A DNA stretch of 64,000 nucleotides from an uncultured bacterium (GTDB lineage: Bacteria > Verrucomicrobiota > Verrucomicrobiia > Limisphaerales > UBA8199): the NCBI GenBank assembly GCA_963749495.1, contig CAVVMW010000023.1, positions 480,001 through 544,000 on the forward strand, read 5' to 3'. Position numbers and translations under genes: made by a program. The first letter of the stretch is position 1; every line of letters starts with the position of its first letter. Positions 36,626 to 48,120 of the stretch are shown here, in pieces. Under the pieces are notes generated by a model. It was not told where the DNA came from. It was given only the letters and a program-made list of their open reading frames with translations, and searched no databases.

Positions 36626-37663
36626 GGTTCTGGCCGCCAGCACACCTCCCAGGAGTTCGTTCCAGGCGGCAATGACCTGCGGGGCGTCAAAGGCGCATGC
36701 GGCTTGCCGGGCCTGCCGGCTCAACGAGTGGCAGAGGGCGTTGGACTGGAGCACGCGGCGCACGGCGCCGCTCATCCGGAGGGCGTCGCCGGGCGGCACC
36801 AGCAACCCCTCGCGCTCATGCCGGACCAGGCAAGGGATGCCGCCCACGTCAGTGCTCACAATGCACAACCCGCAAGCCATCGCCTCGATCACGCTCACCG
36901 GCGTGTTGTCCGTCAAGCTCGTGTTGAGGAAGATGTCCGCCTCGGACAAGACCCGAGGCACGTCGCGCTTGGCCACCGGGCCGACCAGGCGCACGCGCCC
37001 ATCCAGGCCGGCCGCCGCCGCTGCGGCCCGGTTCCGCTCGAGGCTGCCGTCGCCTTTATCCGGGCCAACCATGGCCAGGTCCAGGGCCGGGTAGTCCGGC
37101 GCCAACTCAGCCGCTGCCCGCACCGCGAGCAGCGGGTTGTAAATCTCATGAAAGGCCCTGAGCCAGATCAGCCTGGGCCGGGCTGAGGCCCGCTCCAGAT
37201 ACGGGCAGGCCGCGATCTCGACGGGGTTAGGGATCACCCGGATGCCAGGACAGCACGGGGCCAGCGCCTTCTCCAGGTAACCCGATGGAGCGGTCACCGC
37301 CTTGGCCGAGGCCAGGAGCCGGCGCGTCCGGCGCGGCCACCGCGCGGCAAAACCCGGCAGGTTGCCGCCGTGCAACGTCAGGACATAGGGCTTGTGCAGG
37401 CGGCGCAAGACAAGGCCCACCGCCTCTGCCCAGAAGAAGGCCGGCCCGCTGAAGACATCAACCTGCGCAACGGCGTAGTCATGACGATGTTTGACGGCCG
37501 CCCAAAGCATGTCGGCCAGGCGCCAGAGCTTTGGCCGCCGGCGCGACGTCGCCAGCACCTGCCAGCCCAGGCCCGGCAGCCGCTCGGCCAACTCCTCGCA
37601 CACCCCGCGCGAACCGCCCGCGGCGGAGAGGAAGTTCCCGACAATTAGAACGGAGCGGGGCAA
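36623..37663 (-). CDS. GT4 glycosyltransferase
   Basis: LHGGNL, DIFLNTS..DNTPVSVIEAMACG, TDVGGIP. Confidence 0.9.
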   Translation of the reverse strand: MPRSVLIVGNFLSAAGGSRGVCEELAERLPGLGWQVLATSRRRPKLWRLADMLWAAVKHRHDYAVAQVDVFSGPAFFWAEAVGLVLRRLHKPYVLTLHGGNLPGFAARWPRRTRRLLASAKAVTAPSGYLEKALAPCCPGIRVIPNPVEIAACPYLERASARPRLIWLRAFHEIYNPLLAVRAAAELAPDYPALDLAMVGPDKGDGSLERNRAAAAAAGLDGRVRLVGPVAKRDVPRVLSEADIFLNTSLTDNTPVSVIEAMACGLCIVSTDVGGIPCLVRHEREGLLVPPGDALRMSGAVRRVLQSNALCHSLSRQARQAACAFDAPQVIAAWNELLGGVLAART

Positions 37664-37691
37664 GAAAAGGCTAAAGGCTAAAGGCTAAAGG

Positions 37692-39286
37692 CTAAAGGCC
37701 GGAAACGGCAGGCGCAGTGTGGACACGCGGCCGAGATGGCGAAGCGTCCCTTGTGTCCCTTGGGTCCCTTTGGTCCCTTTGGTGCCTTCGGTTCCAAACA
37801 CGCCGCACTCGGGGCAGCAGCCCCCACTGGGCTGAGGCCATGCCTATGAGCAATCCCGGGGCGGCATTTCTCATGGCGCTGACGGCCATCCAAGCCAAGG
37901 TCACGCTCGCGCCCGAGAGCAATACGGCCTTGGTGAAGCCGGCCGGGACTGTGAACCACGGGCGCGCGGCCATCTTCAAGAGCATCAACGCCGCCAGCGC
38001 ACCCAGCAATCCGTGCTCGGCGAGCAACCGGGTGTATTCCGTATGGGACCCGACGCGCCCGGCGGTGCCTTCCGAGTGAGCGATGCTCGAACTGCCAACG
38101 CCGGCCCCCAGGATGATATTCTTCTTCCAGATGGCGATATCCTGCACGGCAATCAGGTCGCGGCGCGTCAGGCTGGTGCTGCTGAAACGCTCGCCGATCC
38201 TCCCCTCCGTAAACCGCATCAGGAAACCCCACGTGACCAGGCCAATGACCAATGCCAGACCCAGGATGAGCACGGTCTGCGGCTGGATGAGCTTGCGGAT
38301 GGACATGACGGGCAGCGCCACCACCAGGCCGATGCCCAGCAGGTAAATCCCCGTCCGGGAAAAGGAAAGCGCCGAGTGGGCCGCGAACCACAATGCCACC
38401 ATCAGGAAAACCAACCGCACGCTGGCCTTGACTCGAGGATCCAGCGCCAGCAGCAGCGCGAAGAGCCCGCCCAATCCCAGGAAACCCGCGACCTGGTTCG
38501 GCCCGAAGCCGCCGCTGGCCAGGATGTTCGAGTTGCCGCCGAACTCGATGTGCTCGAGGATGTCAGGCCCGACAGGACGGCGGCGGCAATGCCGGCGATG
38601 GGCAAGACCATCCAGGCCGCCAACCGGCGCGTCCTGCGCTCGGTCAGATGGACGCGCGAGAAGAACAGCGAACAGGCCAGGACCGAGAGCGGCCCGGAGA
38701 GATTGAAGCTCAGCAGTTTGCGCGTGTCCTCTAAACCACGAGGCGTGAAGAAGTTGAGCAAGGGCGGGATGATGGCCGGCACCAGCAGCAGCGAATAGAG
38801 GATCGGGGTCCAGGGAAGCGAACGCACGGGACCCCGGAAAAACCTGATCAACAGCACCAGCGAGACGGTGTATTTGCCGTATTCCCAAATCAAGGAGGCC
38901 CCCACCATCCTCCAAAGGACCTCAGCCCCGGCCACGTACATGCTCCAGCAGGCCACCTGGAACAGTGGGCGCGCCCGGATGGCCAGGTAAAGGCCGAAAA
39001 CGAAGGTGCCCAGGGCGTGAACGGTGGCCAGAGTGCTGCTGAGCCGAAAGAGCAGACCCAGCGCGCCGTGCAGCGCCAACATCGCCGCGACCCAATTCAA
39101 GGTCAGCGGTCTGGTCTCCGTCAGAACCCCCGAACGCCCGAGGCGCGCGAGGGCCGAGGGTCGAGGGTCGAGGGCCGAGGGTCGAGGGGCAACCGAGCTG
39201 TATTCCCTCGTCCCTCGTCCCTCGTCCCTCGACCCTTGCCTCGGACCGCCCCCGGACCCGGGTCTAACCGTCAAGCAACGTCTCAT
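37692..39286 (-). CDS. O-antigen ligase/polymerase (Wzy/WaaL-like) membrane protein, frameshift near 38565; start uncertain
   Basis: Many TMs; GPNQ, LSFSRTG, GAGVG, SHTEYTRLLAEHGLLG. Confidence 0.8.
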
Positions 39287-40364
39287 AGATTCCCGTGACC
39301 TGCCTCAGGACGGCTTGCTGGCTGTAGTGCTGGCGGACGCGGCATTGGAGAGCGGCGGCCAGTGTCGAGCGCAACTGTGGCGATCGGAGCAACTGGAGCA
39401 TGGCCTGGGCCAGGGCAGCAGGCTGGCGGGGCGGGACCAGCAACCCGGCGCGGCCGTGGTCGAGGATGTCGGGCACCTGGCCTACGGCTGTGGCGGCGAC
39501 TGCCAGGCCCGCGCAGCCGTACTCCAGCAGCGCCAGCGGCATCCCTTCGGAGGCCGACGCCAGGACGCCGATATTGCAGGCGCGCAGGACGGCCCAAACG
39601 TCCGGGCGGCTGCCAAGGAGAAAGACACGCTCGTCCAGCCCCTGCTGCTGTATTTGCTCCCGCAACTTGAGGGCCAGAGGCTGGTTGGTCTCGTCCCCGA
39701 CCAGCAACAAACTGGCCTCGGGCGCCGCCTCGCTGACTTGCTTCATGGCCTCGATCAGCGTGGCATGGTCTTTCTCGGGTCTGAGATTGGCCACGCACAC
39801 GATCCGCCGGCCTCCAGTCCCAGGCAGGTCCCCGCGCTGGGGCGCCGTGCCCGGGGGTTCGGCCACGAAATTGGGCACATACCAGACGCGCTCAGGGGGG
39901 ACTTTCAACCTGGATCGTGCCCATTCGGCGAGCGGCTCATTGACGGCCATGACACCGCGGCAGCGCCGTGCCGCCATCCGGTAAATCCAGCCGGGACGTT
40001 CTTCGCTTCCATACCGTCCGAAATGGTCGTGCCAGATAAGCTGGCGGCCTGGGACGAGCACGTGGACCAGGGCGCTGAAGAACAGGGCTGAGCCGTGGGC
40101 ATGAATCAATTGGATTTGGCGCCTTTGCACCCAGCGTGCCAATCTCCAGATGGCGCCGAGGTCGAGCAAGCCCCGGCGCCCAAGGTCCAGGCGTTCGACT
40201 TCGGGCCTTAGCCGGCGCTCGAGCGGCCCGCCTGAGCGCGTGGCACACAGATAGCTCTTGAATCCCAGCCCGCTGAGCGAATTCGCCAGGTTCACGGCCA
40301 CCGACTCCAGACCACCCACTTGGAGCGAGTCCACTACCTGCACAACGCTGGAAGGACAATGCAC
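39264..40364 (-). CDS. GT4 glycosyltransferase
   Basis: GGLE, VANLRPEKDH, EGMPLALLEY. Confidence 0.9.
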   Translation of the reverse strand: MHCPSSVVQVVDSLQVGGLESVAVNLANSLSGLGFKSYLCATRSGGPLERRLRPEVERLDLGRRGLLDLGAIWRLARWVQRRQIQLIHAHGSALFFSALVHVLVPGRQLIWHDHFGRYGSEERPGWIYRMAARRCRGVMAVNEPLAEWARSRLKVPPERVWYVPNFVAEPPGTAPQRGDLPGTGGRRIVCVANLRPEKDHATLIEAMKQVSEAAPEASLLLVGDETNQPLALKLREQIQQQGLDERVFLLGSRPDVWAVLRACNIGVLASASEGMPLALLEYGCAGLAVAATAVGQVPDILDHGRAGLLVPPRQPAALAQAMLQLLRSPQLRSTLAAALQCRVRQHYSQQAVLRQVTGIYETLLDG

Positions 40365-40367
40365 GAG

Positions 40368-41555
40368 CTATTCCGCACTTCGAGACCTCAGCACCACCTG
40401 CCATTCCCTCTCCAGGAGGTTCGCCAACTCCTCTTTCAGGCCGTCCAGGGAAAACTTTGCGGCCCACTTCGCGCCGGCCTGGGCCAACAATTGCGCCTGC
40501 CCGCTGTTCGTGGCGACCCACTCCACGGCATCGGCAATTTGCTTGGGTTGTCCGTTGTCCAGAAGGACCCCCCGGCCCCCCAGCATGGCGGGTACCTGGC
40601 CGTGCCGCACGCCGATGCACACCAACCCGTAGCACATGGCCTCGGCAAGCGCCTTGGGCCAGCCTTCCGAGTGCTCGGAGGGCAGCACGAGGCACTCTCC
40701 CCATTCCATCCATTTCAGGCCCGCTTCGTAGGGAAGCGGGCCGGTGAAGGCGACCGCCCCGGCCAGGTCCAGCCGAGCCACTTTCTCGCGCAAGGGCCTT
40801 TCGTCCGGACCGCCTCCGACAATCCTCACGCTCAGCGCGACGGATCGGTCCAGCAGCAAGCGCACCGCCTCGAGGAGTGCCCATACCCGCTTTTCGCGGA
40901 CCAGGCGCCCGACGTAAAGCAGCTTGAGCGGCCGGCTGAACCTCTTGCCGGCGGCAACGCGGAGCGCCTCCGCGACCATCTCGGAGGTCATCATCGAGGT
41001 GAAGAAAGGAATGACGTGAGGCGGCCGATCGGGCCATTGGCCATAAACAGTGACTATCCCCCGCCACCACCGGGAGCGGAGAATCGCCCGCTGAACCCAG
41101 GCGCCCCATCCCTCCCCCTCATAGCCGTTCCACTGCCCGGCGTACTTCGCGACCAGTCTGCCCGAGAAGCAAGGCGCCAGGAGACAGCCCAACAGACCCA
41201 GGTTTCCCGGGCATCGAACGTGGATGGCATCGGCCCGGCGCATGGCCCGGGCCAGGCGCCAGAGATGGCGCGGCAAGGCCAATACTTGAATGGCCTTGGC
41301 CCGCAAATTGTCGCCGCCGCTCTCCAACTGCGGGGCGACCGAGATGTTCGACCGGTTCAGGGCAAGGGCATCCCTCGGGGGCGCTTCCAGCCGCAGCGGC
41401 GAGGCAATAACCACTTCCGGGAACAGGTCGGCCCAGACCTCGATCTCCCTCGCATAAGGGCCATAGGCAAAGAGGCGCCCCTCCCATTGGAAGTGCAGGA
41501 CATGGGAGACGATCAGCAGACGATGGAGCCGGGGTTTAATAAGACTGCGCTGCAC
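40368..41555 (-). CDS. GT4 glycosyltransferase
   Basis: YVGRLVREK, SEGWPKALAEAM. Confidence 0.88.
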   Translation of the reverse strand: MQRSLIKPRLHRLLIVSHVLHFQWEGRLFAYGPYAREIEVWADLFPEVVIASPLRLEAPPRDALALNRSNISVAPQLESGGDNLRAKAIQVLALPRHLWRLARAMRRADAIHVRCPGNLGLLGCLLAPCFSGRLVAKYAGQWNGYEGEGWGAWVQRAILRSRWWRGIVTVYGQWPDRPPHVIPFFTSMMTSEMVAEALRVAAGKRFSRPLKLLYVGRLVREKRVWALLEAVRLLLDRSVALSVRIVGGGPDERPLREKVARLDLAGAVAFTGPLPYEAGLKWMEWGECLVLPSEHSEGWPKALAEAMCYGLVCIGVRHGQVPAMLGGRGVLLDNGQPKQIADAVEWVATNSGQAQLLAQAGAKWAAKFSLDGLKEELANLLEREWQVVLRSRSAE

Positions 41556-42704
41556 GATCCACGCTCCCACGGCTCTTGAGGCAGCGCTCATAGAAACCCA
41601 GGTTTTTCTCGACGAGGCGGTCCACGGAGAAATCTTCCAGGACGCGCCGGCGGGCGGCGGCGCCAAGGCGCTCGGCCAGGGAGCGGTCCTGGAGCAGGCG
41701 AATGACCGAGCCGGCGATGGAGTGAGGGTCGTGCGGATTGCAGAGCAGGCCGTCGATACCGTCCCGGATGACCTCGGGTCCGGGGCCGGTGTTGCTGGCG
41801 ACCAGGGGTTTGCCCATGGCCATGCCTTCGAGCCAGGCCACCGGGAGCGCCTCCATGTGCGAGGGAAAAACCAGCGCCTGGACCGGTCCCAGTTCGGCCG
41901 GCAGGCGGGTGTTGTCCACGTGGCCTCGGAAGGTTATGGACGGGCGGATTTCGCCCGGGATAGCGGCCTCGAGCCCCTGCTGGAATGAACGCCCGGTGCG
42001 CGGGTCAATCGCGTCCCGGCCAAACACGAAGAGGCGGGCCTTGGGAACGGCTGCGGCAATCTCCGGCATTGCGGCGACCAACTGGCGGATGCCTTTCTTC
42101 TCACACAGCATGCCCACGAACCCAAGCAAGCCCGGTATCACCGCCTCCTCCGGGCGCGGCCGGAATCGCTCGGAGTCCACGGGGTTCGGAAGGATCTCGA
42201 TGGGCACGTTGCCCAGGTTGATCAACTCCCGGGTCCTCTCCGCCACGAAGCGGCTGACGGCCGCCAGGTGATCGGCGCGGGCAAAGGAGCGCTTCTCCAG
42301 CCAGCCCCGCCAAAGGGCCGGCGCTGGAGTGTGACCGAGAAGAAATGGTGTCCGCCGTGCATGCGGATGATCTTGCAGCCCGGGATGCTGCGGGCCACGG
42401 CAGCGAAGGCGTTTTCAGGGCCGTCGAGGACCTGCACAGGCCCGCGCGGCGCCAGCCGGCGCAGCTCGCGTCCGAGGGCCAGGCCGTGGAGAAACAACCG
42501 AGCCCCGCGCAGACGGGTGTGCGGCAGACGCCGGACCGTCACGCCCTCATCCTCCTCTTGACGGGCGCCGGCAATCGAGTAGAAGCCCAGGACGGTGACC
42601 TGGCAGCCTCGTTGGGCGAGGCGGCGTCCGAGGGTTTGCGTGAAGGAGCCTATCCCGCCGTGCAGCCCCGGCGGGTACTCGTTGCACAGGAAACAGATGT
42701 GCAT
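41536..42704 (-). CDS. GT4 glycosyltransferase, frameshift near 42305
   Basis: MHICFLCNEYPPGLHGGIGSF start; EALPVAWLEGMAMG in second frame. Confidence 0.85.
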
Positions 42705-42736
42705 TGCAGGCGGCCAATACCGGTGTGCGCCTCGTC

Positions 42737-43125
42737 GCGGCCCGACGGGCCGCCAGAGCCTAGCCCAGGGCTGAGGCCGTAAGGCCGATGCCCTGGGTTT
42801 CGTTGCAGAGGCGGAGCCCGCGCCCTATCGGGGCGCCAGAGTCTTGCGCCCTCCCCAGGAACCGAGCGCTGGCCCGGAGGTTTTGGACTGCGGCAGTCCT
42901 CTGCCGCTTTCGCGTCGGCAGCGAGGGGACACAAAAGCGGCAGAGGACTGCCGCACTCCAAAACGCTTCGCGGGACGGGGACGCAGGATCGAGGTTCGGG
43001 GGCTCAATGCGCGAAATTCCGTTTGGGGGAGTTCTTTCAGGGCGCGATTGATTTCGCTGGCCTTGTACCCAGGGCATCGGCCTGGCGGCCTCAGCCTGGG
43101 CTAGGCTCTGGCGGCCCCTTGGGCC
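42737..43125. repeat. Long REP-like hairpin with a second palindrome family nested inside (about 42880-42965)
   Basis: Outer arms match 36243-36453; inner TTTTGGACTGCGGCAGTCCTCTGCCGCTTT / AAAGCGGCAGAGGACTGCCGCACTCCAAAA. Confidence 0.8.
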
Positions 43126-43144
43126 GGCAGATAAAGTACGAATG

Positions 43145-44576
43145 TCACGCGGTTCGATTGAGGCGGTTGCCCCGCATGGGTAGGCCGCTGATCCTCTGCA
43201 GCGCCTGGACCACCTGCAGGCTGGACTCGCCGATCGGAGCGCCCACCTCCAGTTGGACGAACCGCCGGCGCTGCTCCCGTTCCAGGGCCGGGTTGTCCAG
43301 GTAGGCATTGATATGCCCGGCCCACTCCCCAGGGGAACGCGCGAACCTGGCCGCGCCCAATTCGACCACCGGACGGTAATGCTCGAAGCGGTAGAAATAC
43401 TCCCACAGGGGCCGGCCAAAGGGGGGCGGATTCTGAACGTCGAAGGCCAGGTTCACCACCGGGCGGTCGTGGATGGCAAAGTCCAGGGTCATGGTCGAGG
43501 CCAGATTAGTGTTCAAGTCCGCGTGGCAGGTCAGATTGGCCAGGAAATGGACGTCCTCCATCCGGGGGATGCAGCGGGCCCAATTGCCCGCCTGGGTGTG
43601 CCGCCAGGCAGGTTGGGCGAAGATCATCTCCGGGTACTGGGCGCGCACGGCCTGAAAACGCGCCCCGTCGTCCACCGGGCATGGCCTGACCAGCACCTGG
43701 GGCGAGCCTTTGACCTGGCCCGAACGGACCAGGCCCATCAGCAGGCCGACGTGCAACGGGTCCTCGGGATTGGTCCCGATGTCGCCGCCCGAGTAGCAGA
43801 TCAGGGGCCGGCCCGGGTCGGCGCCGATGCGCCGGAAAAACTCCTCCCGGGTCCACAACAATGTCCGGTCCGCATAGGGGTCGAACTGCGGGGTGCCCAC
43901 AATGTGAATGCGCTCCGGGAGGACATCGGGATAGTACCTGGAGGAGTTCCTGGCGCATCAACGGGCTCCAGACCAGGTAATGGTCGAAGGGTGCGGCAAT
44001 CCGGCCCTTGCTGGTCAGGTTGTCCCAGCTAAAGATGAAACAGGCGGTGGGGATGCCCAGCGAGCGGGCGGCCAGCACTGCCGGAAGGATCTCCAGCGGC
44101 CGCTGGTGCGAGCAGAAGAGCACGGTGGCGCCAAACTCGCGAAACAGGGCTCGGTAATGAGCGACTTGCGGCACCCGGGCGACCTCGCGGCAATGGCGGC
44201 GCTCCAGGAACCGGATGCCCCGGGGCGAACCGAAGAGGCGCCCGGCCAGGCGGGCACCCCGCAGCATCAGCCGCCGGCGCCTGCTCCCCCGCAACTCCGC
44301 CTGGCGCCCGTAGCGCATGCTCTGGCTGTCGCCCCAGAACATCTGGGCGTAGGCCAGCGAATACCGCAAGGTCGCTGCCAGCGCAGATTCCAGATACGGC
44401 TCAAGCTTCTCCCATCAATAGTGTCCGTTCCAAGCCCCGGCATACTCTTGCAGGGTGTCATCGGGGATGGGGTGCAAGACCAGGCCGCCGCTGTGCTTGG
44501 CCAGGAGCGAGAGGAACGGCCCCAAAACAAAGTTCCGGATGCCGACGCCGTCCGGGAGCAGAATGATGGGCGTCAT
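43145..44576 (-). CDS. Uncharacterised GT-B-like protein (CDP-glycerol/CMP-sugar transferase-like), two frameshifts
   Basis: Three frames join: MTPIILLPDGVGIRNF, SWDNLTSKG, GTPQFD, VRPCP, ASTMTLDFAIHDRPVVN. Confidence 0.6.
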
Positions 44577-44598
44577 AGCAGAATCATTGTTGGCAAAA

Positions 44599-45999
44599 TC
44601 ATTTGGAGAATTGCCGCCGGCGCCCCCCATCCAGAGCGGCGGCGAAGAAGCTCTTGCAGGTCTGGCTGACAGCTTCCATGCAGAGCTGGCCCATCTGGGC
44701 GGGCGGAACGGCCGCTTCCGCAAGCCGGCCCCCTTGCCACAAACTCCATAGCTCCTCAAGAACCCCGGCGATGCGGGCCGAGTCGGAAGGCAGACAACGA
44801 TAAGGATAGCCGGCGCCCAACAGGTTGCAGACCACCGACTCCTTGGGCGAAAGGGCGAGAACCGGTTTCTTGCACAACAGGCAATCGGTGAGTTTGGCGG
44901 GAAAGAAAGGACTTTCGGCGTTATCGGCCTCGAGCACCACGCAAACCGCCGCCTGGCGCGCCAACTCGAGGGAGTGGGCGTAAGTGACGCGCTCTTCGAT
45001 GAAGCGAACACCCGGCGTGCGGAGGGCCTCTGCCCAGCGCGGATCAGCCTTGTGAAACCGGTTGACCCCCCCGACGAAGAGCAATTCCCCTTGTCGGCAG
45101 CGCGCAGGGTCTTTGGCGGCAAATCGGCGGAAGCCCTCGATCAAGCCCCAGGGCTGCCTGGGTTCCAAGAGGCTGCCGGCGTGGAGTATGACGAAACGGC
45201 CGGGCTTGCCCTGGGCGTTGGCGGCTGCCTGGTACTCCGCAGCCATCGGGGTCTCTCCGACAATATGAGGGATCACCACGCCCTTGCCGCGATACCGGGC
45301 CAACTTCCCGCGCAACGTCCAGCGCAGCAGGCGGTCGCTCGGGAATGAAACCCAGTCGGCCGCTCGAATGATGCGCGCATTCCATTTTTCCTGCAAGGCC
45401 GACATTAGAAAAGGGTGCCGGCAGTATGGCTCCGGATAAAGGCTCAGCGGAAATGGGTCATGGTAATTGGCCACCCAAGGCACCGGCCCATCCAGGCCGG
45501 CCATTGCCAGGTGCGGCTCAAACCCGGCACCCGCCCCGCGCACGAAAACCAGGTCGGGTTGCTCCAGGGCTATCGTCGCGCGCAGCATCTTGCGCCAGAG
45601 CCGGATCTCGGCCCAGGTTTCCGGGGCGAAACCCGTGCCATAAGCGATAAGGGCGCCGAGCTTGCGCCTGCAAAAACCGGGCCGCCCGTTGCCAGGCTCA
45701 GGAGCGCGCACGACCTTGTCCGCGCCTTTCTTCCAGAGCGGTGCCGGACACGCGGACGAGGACGCTCGCGCTCCTTTCGGGGATCGGCCCCAGGCGGAGG
45801 CATTACCGACCGGAATCAGCTTGAGTGATTTGAGCCATGCACCGTGACATCGGAGCTGTTCAGGCGTGACTGATGGGGCGGGCGCCAGGCAAACCACCTC
45901 CAGCCCGGCCTCCAGCAGGCTGTAAAGGAACTTGGCTGAACAGATGCCCTCCGAGGTACGGTCCAGGCCCAGGAACTTGACCGTAACCAGGACCTTCAT
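44599..45999 (-). CDS. Probable glycosyltransferase (GT4-like)
   Basis: WVANYHDP, LHAGSL, FPAKLTDCL...KPVLAL. Confidence 0.7.
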   Translation of the reverse strand: MKVLVTVKFLGLDRTSEGICSAKFLYSLLEAGLEVVCLAPAPSVTPEQLRCHGAWLKSLKLIPVGNASAWGRSPKGARASSSACPAPLWKKGADKVVRAPEPGNGRPGFCRRKLGALIAYGTGFAPETWAEIRLWRKMLRATIALEQPDLVFVRGAGAGFEPHLAMAGLDGPVPWVANYHDPFPLSLYPEPYCRHPFLMSALQEKWNARIIRAADWVSFPSDRLLRWTLRGKLARYRGKGVVIPHIVGETPMAAEYQAAANAQGKPGRFVILHAGSLLEPRQPWGLIEGFRRFAAKDPARCRQGELLFVGGVNRFHKADPRWAEALRTPGVRFIEERVTYAHSLELARQAAVCVVLEADNAESPFFPAKLTDCLLCKKPVLALSPKESVVCNLLGAGYPYRCLPSDSARIAGVLEELWSLWQGGRLAEAAVPPAQMGQLCMEAVSQTCKSFFAAALDGGRRRQFSK

Positions 46000-47105
46000 G
46001 GGCAAGCCTCCAGGCTGTCCACGATCCGCTCGGCAGCGTGCCCATCTCCGTATGGGTTCTTCTCGATGACCATGGCAGCCCGGGCCAGCGGGTCGGTTAT
46101 CAGCAGGCCGGCTTCGGACACGATTCGCTCCCGGAGGGTGCCAATCAGTTTCACCGCGCCAGCCTGCACTCCCTCGGGTCGTTCGGTGGTTTCGCGCATG
46201 ACCAGGACCGGCAAACCCAGACTCGGGGCCTCCTCCTGCAGGCCTCCCGAATCGGTCAAAACGAACAGGCAGCGTTTCATGAGATGGGCCAGCGCGTCGT
46301 AGGCCAGCGGCTCGGTGAGCAGCACGTTGGGCACGCCGGCCAGGATCTCGCGCGCCGGGCCGCAGACGTTCGGGTTGGGATGCACCGGATACACAAAGGC
46401 CAGGCCCTCCTGGCGAAAGCTCTGCGCCAGGTCGCGAATGGCCAGAAAAACCCGGCGCAGGGGCTCGCCAAAACTCTCGCGCCGATGGGCGGTGACCAGG
46501 ACCAGTTTAGGAAAGCGGAGGGCCTCCGCCAAAGGGCTGCCGTTCCAATCGAAGGGCCTCTTGAGGATAGCCGTCAGGGCGTCCACAACGGTGTTTCCGG
46601 TGACCGGCGCTCGTTCGACAGGCACCCCTTCGGCGATGAGGTTGCGTTGCGCCAGACCCGTCGGGCAAAAGTAGAGGTCCGCCACCAGGTCGGCGATTCG
46701 CCGGTGGATCTCCTCCGGAAACGGGTGCAGCCTGTTGTGGGAGCGCAAGCCGGCCTCGACATGCCCGAACCGGATGCGCCGATAGAAGGCGGCCATGGCC
46801 GCGGCCATCACTGAGGCGGTGTCTCCCTGTGCCAGCAGCCACGCCGGCCTGACCTGGTCCACGGTCTTGTCGATGACCTGAAACAAGCGGCCGGCCAAAG
46901 CGCCGAGTCCCTGGTCGTGAGTCATGACGTTGAGCTCGATGTCCGGCTCGATCCCGAACAGGTTCCAGATCGGGGCGAGCATCTCGCAGTGCTGCCCGGT
47001 CGAGCACAGACACGATTCGATGCCTTGCCTTCTTTGAAGTTCCTGGACGACCGGCGCCATCTTGATGGCTTCCGGGCGTGTGCCCACGAGGACCAGCACT
47101 CTCAT
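45996..47105 (-). CDS. wecB: UDP-GlcNAc 2-epimerase, non-hydrolysing
   Basis: GTRPEAIKMAP, QGDT, HVEAGLRS, TDSGGLQEEAP. Confidence 0.95.
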   Translation of the reverse strand: MRVLVLVGTRPEAIKMAPVVQELQRRQGIESCLCSTGQHCEMLAPIWNLFGIEPDIELNVMTHDQGLGALAGRLFQVIDKTVDQVRPAWLLAQGDTASVMAAAMAAFYRRIRFGHVEAGLRSHNRLHPFPEEIHRRIADLVADLYFCPTGLAQRNLIAEGVPVERAPVTGNTVVDALTAILKRPFDWNGSPLAEALRFPKLVLVTAHRRESFGEPLRRVFLAIRDLAQSFRQEGLAFVYPVHPNPNVCGPAREILAGVPNVLLTEPLAYDALAHLMKRCLFVLTDSGGLQEEAPSLGLPVLVMRETTERPEGVQAGAVKLIGTLRERIVSEAGLLITDPLARAAMVIEKNPYGDGHAAERIVDSLEACP

Positions 47106-47115
47106 AGACCCCGGT

Positions 47116-48120
47116 TCAAGAAGGTGAACCCTTGCGCAGGATGACCAGCAGATTGTGGCCTTCGCCCCGGGCCGCAAAAGGCCTCAAACTCACAGCCTGG
47201 GACCAGCCCGAGATGCTTCGCCGCACTGCCCGGACGAGCCAGCGAAGGCCAAACCGCTCCAAGGCGGCCCGGAATCCGGCGGCGCGCACTGAATCCTCCC
47301 CAGAGGCCCTCCCCGCCATTACGGTGCCCTGACCCCGGGTAAACCACTCGACGGTTGCCAACCCGAACCGTGTGCCGTACCGGGATACGCTGTCCGCGTC
47401 GAAGTAGAACAGATGTTCCAGGCTGGTTCTGAACCCGAACCAATTGGCGGGGCCGATGGCCCTGGCGCAGCCGTAGTTGGGCGTGGACAAAACCAGGAGA
47501 CCATTGGGCCTGAGCCTGGACGCCGTCATTCTGAAGAACTCCGAGGGGCTGGGGACGTGCTCGATCACCTCGAAGGCCAAAACCAGGTCGAATTGCCTCT
47601 GCCCGGGCAGCGAGGCCAGACTCTCCGAAAGGAACTCGATGGTCGGATAACGCCTCCTGGCCTGCCGGATGGCGGAGGGGGAGACATCGATGCCGGTGAC
47701 CCGCGCACCCGCCCGGCAGAGCAGGTGCGTGGTTTCGCCGCTGGCGCAGCCCACCTCCAGGCAGTCTGCGCCTTCCAGGCCAGCGAACCCGGACACGATC
47801 CGCAGCCTTTCCCTAGCGGTCTCCATCAGTTGGCGCCGCATGTGGCGCGCGAAATAGTGCCCATATCCCAGCGCCTCGGTGGGGCGTTGCTGCTGTTTCT
47901 TGGTGTAGTAGCCCGCACCGTAGAGCCGCCCCAGGCGCTCGGGCTTCGGCCGCGGCGACAGGTAGCACAAACCGCACTGCCGGCACTCGACCGCATCGAG
48001 CCCGTCCGGGCGTCTGATAACCGGGCGCGCCTCCGCGCTCCCGCAGTAATCGCAAGCCCCCGACTCAAGGTCCGCGGTTGACCAAAGTGCAGCGGCCCTC
48101 TCTGGCGAGGCCGGATTCAT
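47116..48120 (-). CDS. Class I SAM methyltransferase with N-terminal Cys4 cluster
   Basis: CDYCG..CRQCG; LEVGCASG; FEVIEHV. Confidence 0.85.
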   Translation of the reverse strand: MNPASPERAAALWSTADLESGACDYCGSAEARPVIRRPDGLDAVECRQCGLCYLSPRPKPERLGRLYGAGYYTKKQQQRPTEALGYGHYFARHMRRQLMETARERLRIVSGFAGLEGADCLEVGCASGETTHLLCRAGARVTGIDVSPSAIRQARRRYPTIEFLSESLASLPGQRQFDLVLAFEVIEHVPSPSEFFRMTASRLRPNGLLVLSTPNYGCARAIGPANWFGFRTSLEHLFYFDADSVSRYGTRFGLATVEWFTRGQGTVMAGRASGEDSVRAAGFRAALERFGLRWLVRAVRRSISGWSQAVSLRPFAARGEGHNLLVILRKGSPS

